Source: an uncultured bacterium (lineage in GTDB: Bacteria > Oederibacteriota > Muellerivitia > Muellerivitales > Muellerivitaceae). From it: DNA of 64,000 nt. A model generated the notes under the pieces. The model did no database searches and was not told where the DNA came from. It saw only the letters and a program-made list of their open reading frames with translations. This document shows positions 27,277-36,900 of this stretch, piece by piece (position 1 is the first letter of the stretch; each line of letters begins with the position of its first letter). The DNA lies in NCBI GenBank assembly GCA_964525605.1, contig CAZGKT010000012.1:7771-71770 (forward strand). The letters are read 5' to 3'. The position numbers and the translations under genes are program-made.

Positions 27277-27480
27277 CGAATGGCTCCCGACGCAAGAGAG
27301 GCCAGTATAGGTGAGTGGTTATTGGCGAAAGAAGGGTAAATTGAAACACCCATTCATTTGATTTAAAAAGACCCGGCCTTTTTTATAATCTCCAGGTCCG
27401 GGTCTTGCAAAAACCCCCGCATCAATTCAAAGATTTAACTCCGTGTTTTCGGAGCGAATGTCTTTAAAGGAAATTACCGC

Positions 27481-29637
27481 TTGTCCCTCTCCATCTTCAG
27501 CTACAAGCCGCCCCACGACGGCACCTTAGCCCATATTGAAAACGGGGTCCTGAAGTTTTCCATCGAGGGCGAAAAGGATTCCCATCCCCGCTTTTCGGGT
27601 TTTAATTCCTTTTACCGCGCCATGAAGGTGGCCGGCGCCTTCGATGTCCGGCCCGACGTGATCGCCTGGGGCGGGGGGAGTTCCCCCCGGGACCCCATGG
27701 ATCTCTACGACGGCATCGCGCCCGAACTCATTCTGGCCGAAGACCTTCAATTATTCGGCAAGAAAACCCTCCTCTTTCGATCGAGCCACGAACGGGCCCA
27801 TATCTTTTCTTCCTATGGCCTTTCCCCCTTTCCCCAGGGCCAGCCCGTCTATGCCCTCGTCTGGGAAGGAGGGATCGGAGCCTTCTACGAGATCGACGAA
27901 AAGCTGAACATCCACCCCTTCGGGACGGTTTTAAGAAACCCCGGCCACCGCTACAGCATTCCCTACTCGGTTGCCAACCCCCAGAACGCCAAGTCCAAGG
28001 CCGACTGGTTTTTGCACGGCTATTACGCGGGTAAAACCATGGCGCTGGCCGCCTACGGCGAAATCATGGGCCGGGACCAAAGGAAGGATTGGTCGGCGGA
28101 AATCGACGCCTTCTTGAAAATGAAAATGGTCTTTGAAATGCCGGGAAACCGCCCGCAGGACCAAAAGGCCGCGGAATCCTACGTCGCCGAGCTGAAAAAA
28201 AGCCGGCTCTTCGACATCGGGGTCGAATCGGAAGACTTCAAGGATTTCACCTACGCCCTCAGCGCGAAAATTTACGGCCTCTTCCACCATTTCGCGAAAC
28301 AAAACCTGAAAAAGGGTTATCCCCTCCTTATCAGCGGCGGGTGCGGTTTGAACTGCGATTGGAACACCCAATGGAAGGAAAGCGGATTATTTTCGGACCT
28401 GTTCGTCCCGCCCTGCACCAACGACAGCGGCATCGCCATTGGCATGGCGGTGGACGCCCAGAGGCACGTCTCCGGAAACGCCAAACTCGACTGGTCCGTC
28501 TATTGCGGGGAGTCTTTCGTGGAAGACGCGGTCGATTTAACCGGCTTCCGGATTTCGCCCTTGAATTTGGACGAAGTGGCCGCCCTGCTGGAAAAGGGAA
28601 AGGTCCTGGCCTGGGTCGAGGGCCGTTACGAGATGGGCCCCCGAGCCCTCTGCCACCGTTCGCTCATTGCCGCGCCCTTCAAGAAGGAAATGACCGACCG
28701 CCTGAACAAGATCAAGAACCGGGAGCCCTTCCGGCCCATCGCGCCCATTTGCCTGGAGGAAGAGGTTTCCGAATACTTCGATTGGCGGGGCCCCAGCCCC
28801 TTCATGCTGTATTTTCAAAGGGTCCGATCGCCCCAACTCCAGGCCGTCACCCACGTCAACCGGACCGCGCGGGTCCAGACCGTCAACGACCGGACCAACC
28901 CCCGAATGGCGTCCCTTTTGCGGGTCTTCAAGAAGAAAACGGGGTTCGGGGTTTTGTGCAACACCAGCCTGAACTTCGCCGGCATGGGTTTCATCAACCG
29001 CCTGTCCGACCTGGTGCGCTACACCCTCAAGACAGGGTTGGACGGCTTCGTGGTGGAAGACCGGCTTTACTTGAAGCGGGCCTTCGACTACCGCCGCCCC
29101 GATTCGGCAGCTTCCCTCGCCCCTTCCCGCCCCTATCTTTCGCTTTCCGAGCCGGTCGTCACCTATCCCTTGACGAACAAGACCGAGACTGAAATCACGC
29201 CCCAAGCCATCCGCTTAAAATTCGAAACCCCTTCCGACATCTGCGTCTTGAGCTTTTCTTCCAACGTGGGCCCTTTCGCCGCCCCCGGCGTGGTGGATGT
29301 GAAGGGTTACGGCTTTTTCCAATTCCAGGCCCAGGCGCCGAAGGGGTTGAAGTTTTTCGTGACCATGACCGAATCCGGGGCCAACGCCCCCGATGCCGGG
29401 TCCTTTTCCGGCGTGAACGGGGCGGACGGGGAACGTTATTTCTTCCCGACCCAGCTGGGAACCGGGGATTGGGCCACCTACCGGTTGGACTTGGCTGCCC
29501 TGAACCTGTGGCGGTACTGGGGAAATCAAAAGGGAAATAATATCTTGGATCTACAGGGTTTGAGATCGATCGAGTTTTTCGTTCTGGGAAACCAGAAAGG
29601 CGAGATTCAGTTGAGGCATTTGGAGTTCACGGTTTAA
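27481..29637 (+). CDS. NodU/CmcH-family carbamoyltransferase with extra C-terminal beta-sandwich (CBM-like) domain
   Basis: TTG start. LSIFSYKPPHDGTLAHIENGVLKFSIEGEKD (ASKHA N-domain) and LLISGGCGLNCDWN...NDSGIAIGMA (GGxxLN block). Residues ~545-718 form an additional domain (...WATYRLDLAALNLWRYWG...IEFFVLG...). Confidence 0.75.
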   Translation: MSLSIFSYKPPHDGTLAHIENGVLKFSIEGEKDSHPRFSGFNSFYRAMKVAGAFDVRPDVIAWGGGSSPRDPMDLYDGIAPELILAEDLQLFGKKTLLFRSSHERAHIFSSYGLSPFPQGQPVYALVWEGGIGAFYEIDEKLNIHPFGTVLRNPGHRYSIPYSVANPQNAKSKADWFLHGYYAGKTMALAAYGEIMGRDQRKDWSAEIDAFLKMKMVFEMPGNRPQDQKAAESYVAELKKSRLFDIGVESEDFKDFTYALSAKIYGLFHHFAKQNLKKGYPLLISGGCGLNCDWNTQWKESGLFSDLFVPPCTNDSGIAIGMAVDAQRHVSGNAKLDWSVYCGESFVEDAVDLTGFRISPLNLDEVAALLEKGKVLAWVEGRYEMGPRALCHRSLIAAPFKKEMTDRLNKIKNREPFRPIAPICLEEEVSEYFDWRGPSPFMLYFQRVRSPQLQAVTHVNRTARVQTVNDRTNPRMASLLRVFKKKTGFGVLCNTSLNFAGMGFINRLSDLVRYTLKTGLDGFVVEDRLYLKRAFDYRRPDSAASLAPSRPYLSLSEPVVTYPLTNKTETEITPQAIRLKFETPSDICVLSFSSNVGPFAAPGVVDVKGYGFFQFQAQAPKGLKFFVTMTESGANAPDAGSFSGVNGADGERYFFPTQLGTGDWATYRLDLAALNLWRYWGNQKGNNILDLQGLRSIEFFVLGNQKGEIQLRHLEFTV

Positions 29638-29638
29638 T

Positions 29639-29659
29639 CCGGCGGTCTCTTCGCGCCGG
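29639..29659. terminator. Possible bidirectional terminator hairpin between convergent genes
   Basis: CCGGCG-gtctcttcg-CGCCGG, 6-bp GC stem between stop of carbamoyltransferase (29637) and stop of 29668..30171. No clean U-tract. Confidence 0.2.
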
Positions 29660-29667
29660 GTCCGGCC

Positions 29668-30171
29668 TTAATCCGGAAACCGGGAGAGAATATCCGTATC
29701 CAGGTTGTAGCCCATCCGGGCAAAGGGCGGAAAGACCACCCAGATAATCGTATGGTTGATATAGTTGAACTCGTTCCAATAATTAAAAACATATTTCACT
29801 TTCGGAATTTTCGGGATGAATTCCGGGGCCAGGTCCTGCAGTTTGTCCGGGAAGCGCTTGTATTTGACCCGGTATTGGTTGCAGGCGTCCGTGATTTGGC
29901 GCAGGTGGGCGTTCCCGACCTTATAGTTGAAGGACCGGGCGCCAAACACCGCGGCGATCATCAGCGCGAAGATTCCCGCCTTGAACAGGCGGGGTTTAAC
30001 CAATCGTTTATGACGAACCGAAGCGATCCCGGCCCCGATCAATAGAACGAGGATGCCTCCCAAACCCACCACCAGGGTCAGGATGCCCTGATCCAAGAAG
30101 AAGACGTCCAGGATAAAAATGAACCCGGCGGTCATCCAGGTCCTTCGGAGGCTTAAGGGTTTTTCGTCCAA
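29668..30171 (-). CDS. Hypothetical membrane protein
   Basis: Two strong hydrophobic spans (AGFIFILDVFFLDQGILTLVVGLGGILVLLIGAGIA; IFALMIAAVFGA). 167 aa. No recognised domain. Confidence 0.5.
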   Translation of the reverse strand: MDEKPLSLRRTWMTAGFIFILDVFFLDQGILTLVVGLGGILVLLIGAGIASVRHKRLVKPRLFKAGIFALMIAAVFGARSFNYKVGNAHLRQITDACNQYRVKYKRFPDKLQDLAPEFIPKIPKVKYVFNYWNEFNYINHTIIWVVFPPFARMGYNLDTDILSRFPD

Positions 30172-30956
30172 GTCATTCTCCCAGGGAGGCGGTTCGAGCA
30201 GGCCCCGCGTTCCCGCGATCCATCGTACATACTAATCCTAACCAGGTAAAACCCCCGGGTTTAATGATTTTCACCCCCGAGTAGCGGTTTCCTGAATTCC
30301 CTTTGGATATATGAAAATGATAAGGGAGGACGTCCATTATTCGGGTTCAAGCTCGAAGTGATGTTTGGATTGAAGGATGATCAGAGGAGCCAATTCGCGT
30401 AGGTGCTAAAGTTTCTGGGTAGCGGATCTCCCGTTTCGGGAGCCCCCCCACTCAGCAAGTGGATCCATCCCCACAACCATTGTTCCCCATGGCATCCGCA
30501 AGATCGCGATGATTGACAGCCGTCTCCCTGCCTTTGCGGTATCGCCACGTTCACGTCGGATCGGGGAGATGCGCTCCGGGGCCATGAGGGTGGCCGAACG
30601 GGTCACCTGCCAAAAGATGTTGGAGGCTTGGGCCCCGTTGATCAAGGTCACTCGGCCATGAGGGGTTTCGAAATACCTTCCAAAACGATAAAAAAACCAC
30701 CATCGACAAGTTTGTTTGGCAAAAAAAATCAAAATGATCCTTCGAACTCTCAATTTGATTTTAAGGAGTGTTTTGAAAAACAAGCCTCTACGAGTTTCGG
30801 TCAAGCGTCGGGAACCCCAGGCTCAGAAAAGACCCCATCCCTCCTTGGGACGGGTTTGATTTTTCACACGCCTGCTTCACGAAATTCTCCGCGACGTCGC
30901 GTCTTGGCATTGAATCCTTCCGTTAGGTTTTTCGTATCCCATCCATTCTTTTCCCC

Positions 30957-33900
30957 ATGAAACACGGCTTATTTCTTGCTCTCGTTCATAGGGTGAAACC
31001 TCCCCAGATCATCCGGAAACTCGCCAACCTTCGCCGCCACTTCCCCTTCCGCTTTCCCGCCTCCTTCCTCGTTTCCCGGCCCACGGAGGCTCCCATCCGC
31101 TCCGAGCTTTTCAGCACCGAACGGTTCGACCAGCACGCCCGCTCGCTGGCGGCGGCGCAAACCCTCACCGACGACCCCAAAGCCGGAGCCCAGCTCTTTC
31201 CCCGGCTCCGCGAAAACGAAAATATCCTCGGGGAGGCCTTCCGCTACCTCACCGGCGAGGTCCAGAAAAAGAAACCCATCAACCCCGCCGGCGAGTGGCT
31301 TTTGGATTCCTACTACGTGGTGGAGGAACAGCTCCGCGACATCAAGCGGTTTCTGCCCCACGACTTCTACAACGAGCTCCCGAAACTTTCCGATGGTTTC
31401 TTGAAGGGCTACCCCCGTGTCTACGGCCTGGCCTGGGCTTACGTGGCCCATACGGACAGCCGATTCGACCCCGAATCCCTCATTCATTTCGTGCGTTCTT
31501 ACCAGCAGGTGGAGCCCCTGACCATCGGGGAACTCTGGGCCCTGGCCATCACGCTTCGGGTCGTGATGGTCGACAACCTGCGCCGCATCGCCGTATACCT
31601 CGTCACCTCCCAGGAGGCGCGCCAGGACGCGGACGCCTTCGTGGACGAGCTGTTAGGGCTCATCGAGGAATCCTCGCTTTCCAGCCGCCCCACGGCCGCC
31701 AAACTCCAGCGCCAATCCGTCCATCCGGCCTACCTGGTCCAGCTCATCCAGCGCCTGCGCTACCAGGACCCCCGGGGAACGCCCGCGGTGGACTGGCTGA
31801 ACGAAAAACTTGCCTTCGAAAAAACCACCGCCGAGGAAATGGTCACCTCCGTCCACAGCCTCCAGGCCGCCAACAACTCCACGGTGCGAAACATCATCAC
31901 CAGCTTCCGCAACATGACGACCTTCGACTGGCAGGATTTTTTCGAGTCCGTCAGCCTGGTCCAGGAGATCCTTGCCCGGCACCCCCTTTATTCCCAAATG
32001 GATTTCAAGACCCGCAACTCCTACCGCACCGCCGTTGAGGAACTGGCCAAGGGATCGGGTAAAAGCGAATTAGAAATCGCGCAGCTAGCCCTCCAAAGGG
32101 CGGCCGAAGGCGCGGACCACCAGGGTTTTTCAGCCCGGATGGGCGATCCCGGCTATTCCCTCTTCGACGAGGGCCGCCGGGCCTTTGAGAAGAAAATCGG
32201 ATTCCAGGTCCCGTTGAAAAAACGTCTCCGCCGTTTTTGCACCGACTACCCGGCCCTCACCTACATCGGCAACATTCTCTTCATGGCCACGGTCATCCTC
32301 TGGATCGCGGCGCTGATGAACCCCCACCTGCCCCAGGCCGAAAGGTTTCTTCTCTTGTTTTTGGGCCTCTTCCCCGCCGGGGACCTGGCCGTCGGCTGGG
32401 TCAACCATTTCGTCACCGGCATGGTGCCGCCCCGCCATCTCGCGCGCCTGGAGTTCTTGGCGGGCCCCACCCCGGAGTTCCGGACCTTCGTGGTGGTTCC
32501 CACCCTGCTGGAAAAGGAATCGAACATTCCCGAACAGTTGGAAAAACTGGAAGTCCATTACCTTTCCAACGCCGACGGGGAAGTCTATTACGCCCTGCTG
32601 ACGGACTTTCCCGATTCTTCCGTGGAAATTTCGCCGGAGGATGAAAAAAAACTCAACCTCGCCGTCCAGCTAACCGCCGAGCTGAACCAACGCCACGGAC
32701 CCGCAGCCGGTGGAGCTTCCCGTTTTTTCCTCTGCCACCGCAAAAGGCTTTGGAACCCGCTGGAAGGAAAGTGGATGGGCTGGGAACGAAAGAGGGGGAA
32801 GCTTCACGAATTCAATAGGCTTTTGCGGGGAGCCCAGGATACGAGCTTCCTGCGTCCCGATGGCTCCGTTCTCACTGTCCCTTCCGGGGTCCGTTACGTC
32901 ATCACCCTGGATGCCGACACCAAGCTTTCCCCCGGCGTGGTCAACCACCTGGTGGGCATCCTGGCCCATCCGCTCAACCAGGCAAGGCTGGACCCCGTCC
33001 GCCAAAAGGTCGTGGAAGGCTACGGCATCCTCCAGCCCCGGGTCACGGCTTTCCTTCCAGCCCAGGACGAAAAATCCATCTTCCAAAAACTCTTTTCAGG
33101 CGATTGCTGCATCGACCCCTACGCCTCGGCCGTTTCGGATGTGTACCAGGACCTCTTCGGCGAGGGCAGTTTCACCGGCAAGGGCATCTACGACGTGGAC
33201 GCGGTGGAACAATCCCTGAAAGGGCGGATCAGCGAAAACCGCCTCCTGAGCCACGACCTCTTCGAGGGCTGTTTCGCCCGTTGTGGCTACGCCAGCGACC
33301 TGGAATTCTTCGAGGAATTCCCCTCCCACGCCGAAACCTCCACCCTGCGCAACCACCGCTGGATCAGGGGCGATTGGCAGCTCTTGCCCTGGATCTTCGG
33401 CCGGGAAGGCAACTCGCTCTCCACCCTTTCCCGTTGGAAAATGGCCGACAACCTGCGCCGAAGCCTCTCCCCCATCGGCACCGTCTGCCTTCTCATCGGG
33501 GCCTTCTGCCTGCCTCAGGTCTACCAGCCCGGCTGGGTAGGCTTGGCCTTGTTAGGGATAGCCCTTCCTTCTTATATACCCTTCTTCAAGGACCTGGTCC
33601 TGTGGCGCCGCCCCCTCCATTGGAGGGACCATTTGGGCGAAATTACACGGGATTTCGTCCTCGGGAGCGGTCAGTTCCTCGTCAATCTGGTTCTGGTGGC
33701 CCACCGTGCCTGGATGCACCTTGACGCCATCCTCCGCACCCTCTGGCGTCTGTTCGTTAGCCACCGCAACCTCCTTGAATGGGTCACCGCCGCCCAGGCC
33801 AACTCTAACTCTGCCCTTAGCCTCTCTCATTTCCTTCGAAGGATGAAGGGTTCGATCTTCATCGCGTGTTTCGCGGCGGCCTTAACGGCCCTGTTCAACC

Positions 33901-36900
33901 CGGCCTCCCTGCCCCTCTGCCTTCCTTTCGTCCTTCTCTGGCTTTGCGCGCCCTGGTTCGCCCAGGCCATCAGTACCCCCGAACCCAAGCGGGAAAGCCT
34001 ACCCTTGACCGCCGATGAAACCAGTGAACTGCGGCTCCATGCCCGGCGCGTCTGGGCTTTCTTCAGCCACTTCGCCGTGAAGGAGGATCATTTCCTCCCG
34101 CCCGATAATTTCCAGGAAGACCCCCTCCCCGTCGTGGCGCACCGGGGTTCCCCGACCAATTTCGGCCTCTACCTTCTCTCCGTCGTCACCGCCCATGATT
34201 TCGGCTGGATCGGCCTCACCGAAATGACCCGAAAACTGGAAGCGGCCCTGAAAAGCCTCAAAGACATGCAGCGATTCCGGGGCCATTTTTATAACTGGAT
34301 CGACACCCAAACCCTTCTGCCCCTGGAACCCCGTTACATCTCATCGGTGGACAGCGGAAACCTGGCCGGCCATCTCTTGACCCTTTCCCAATCCTGCAGG
34401 GATCTGGCCCACCAGCCGCTCTTTCCCGATTCCATCATTGAGGGAATCCAGGACACGGTGTCCCTCCTTAAAAAATCGGCGCAGGCCCTTCCCCTTCACG
34501 CTTTCTCCTCCGCCACCCCCTTGAGCCAGCTTCAAAAGGAAATCGCCAACTTCGACAGCCAGCTTATTCGGGAGGAACATTCCCGCACCCATTCCGAATG
34601 GGCCTCCTACTGGACCCAGCTTTCCCTCCAGGCCGAAACCCTCAAGGATGCCGCCCATGCCTTCTCCGCCGGCCAGCGCGGGGAGGAAATATTCGAAATG
34701 ACGGCTTGGGCAGACCGCGTCGCCGACGATGTCCAAAGCCATACCCAGGATTTCCAACACTTCTTCCCCTGGGCCCTGGGCCGTTCGGCCCTGGATCATT
34801 CAAACCTTCCTACACTAGAAGCCGATTCTCCGGTGATCCGCGAATTCCAATCATCGCTCGGTAAACTTCTCTCCTCCGGCATGACCCCCGCCGAAGTACC
34901 AGGCCTTTGCGAACAGGCACTCGCTTCCATTGAGGCGAAACGCCAGGTCCGCGACAGCCCTCCCCTTTCCGAGTCCGAGGAACTTTATTTCGACCAGGTG
35001 GGCGCGGCATTAACCCTCGCCGCCCAAAATGGCCGGGAGATTTTGCGAAGGTTGGAGGAGGTAGCTACCGATTCCCGGACGATCTTCAATGAGATGGATT
35101 TCAGCTTTTTGCTGAATCCCCAGAAGAAGCTTTTCTCCATCGGCTATCGGATTGCCGATAGCCGTTCGGCTGACGGCCATTCGACCGATGGACAGTTGGA
35201 AGAGGGCTGTTACGACCTTTTGGCCTCCGAAGCCCGCCTCACCAGCTATGTGGCCATCATCAAAAAAGACGTTCCCGTTTCCCATTGGTTCAGGTTGGGC
35301 CGGGGGCTGGTGGCGGATGAGGGCAAGGCGATGCTGATGAGCTGGGCCGGGTCTATGTTCGAGTACCTCATGCCTTCCCTCGTCATGACCACGCCCGGCG
35401 GAAGCCTTTTGGACCAGACCTGTCGGCGGGTGGTGGAACGGCAGATGGATTACGGGAATTTACGGGGTTCGCCCTGGGGCGTATCGGAAGCGGGATATAA
35501 CGCCCGGGACCTGGACCTGAATTACCAGTATTCCACCTTCGGTGTGCCCGGCCTGGGGTTGAAGCGGGGTTTGGCTAAGGACCTCGTCATCGCGCCCTAT
35601 GCCACGGCTCTCGCCGCCATGTTGGAACCCCGAAAGGCCCTTTTTAATTTCCAGAAATTGGAACAACTGGGCGCCCGGGGCTTGTACGGGTTTTACGAAT
35701 CGCTGGATTACACCCCGACGAGGCTTCGGGAAAACGAGAAATTCGCCCTAGTGAAGTCCTATATGGCCCACCACCAGGGCATGTCGCTCATTGCCTTTTC
35801 CAACGTGGTTAATTCCGGCCTCATGCGCCGCCGCTTCCACATGGACCCCTTGGTCCAGGCGGGCGAGCTTTTGTTGCAAGAAAAGACCCCCAGGAATCTG
35901 GGGGCGGCGCGCGACCAGAAGGAAGAGGTGGAAATCCAGGTCATCCAGGTGCCGATCCCCTCCATCCTTCGCGATATCCGCTCGCTCCACCACGCCGTCC
36001 CTAGTTCCCACCTGCTCTCCAACGGCCGTTACGCCGTCATGATCACGGCCGCCGGATCGGGCTATAGCCGCTGGAAAAACCGCGCCGTCACCCGCTGGCG
36101 GGAAGACGTCACCCGCGACCCCTACGGCAGTTTCCTTTACCTGAGGGATCTCAAGTCGGGTGGGGTCTGGTCGGCGGCCTACCAGCCGGTCTTGACCGAA
36201 CCCCTGCAGTACCACGTGCTGTTTTCGGAAGACCGGGCCAAGATCTCGCGCGTGGACCATGGGATCTCCACCGACCTGGAAATTCTCGTTTCGGCGGAAG
36301 ACGACGCCGAGCTCCGCCGCCTCACCCTCACCAACCCCGGGGGCGTCGAAAGGGAAATCGAGGTCACTTCTTATTCGGAAGTGGTGCTGACCGACCCCGC
36401 CGCCGATTTGGCCCATCCGGCCTTTTCCAACCTCTTCATTGAGACCCGTTTCATCCCGGGTCTCGCCGCCCTCACGGCCAGGCGGCGCCCCCGCTCTTCC
36501 GGCGAGGAACCGGTCTTCATGGCCCAGGTGCTTTCCGTGGGAAGCGAAACCTTCGGGGAAATCGAGTACGAAACCGACCGGGCGAAATTCATCGGCCGGG
36601 GCCGCACACCCCGCACCGCCTCCTCGGTCTTGGACGGCCTGCCCCTTTCCCTTTCCACCGGCGCGGTGCTGGACCCCATCCTGTCTTTAAGGGTCAAGGT
36701 GCGCTTAGCTCCCGGCACCTCCGCCCAGGTTTGTTTCACCACCCTGGTGACGGGCTCCGAAACCGAAATGCTTTCAATGGCCGAAAAATACCATAATTCC
36801 TCCGCCTTCGAGCGTTCCTCCGCCCTCGTCTGGACCCAATCCACCGCCAAGCTTCATCACTTGGGGATCGAACTGGAAGAAGCCCAGCTTTTCCAGAAAC

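Noticed and set aside
26164-27339. 391-aa plus-strand ORF and neighbours (25465..25989 etc.)
   Set aside because: They are antisense to the four-module glycosyltransferase. They have no motifs and carry the GC-mirror composition.
28341-29205. 283-aa (+) and 222-aa (-) ORFs
   Set aside because: They are alternative frames or antisense within the NodU-type carbamoyltransferase gene.
30406-30804. 132-aa minus-strand ORF in the cgs leader, considered as a transposase or integrase remnant
   Set aside because: It has no DDE or recombinase motifs, no RBS and poor codon character. It is kept only as part of the unexplained-leader finding.
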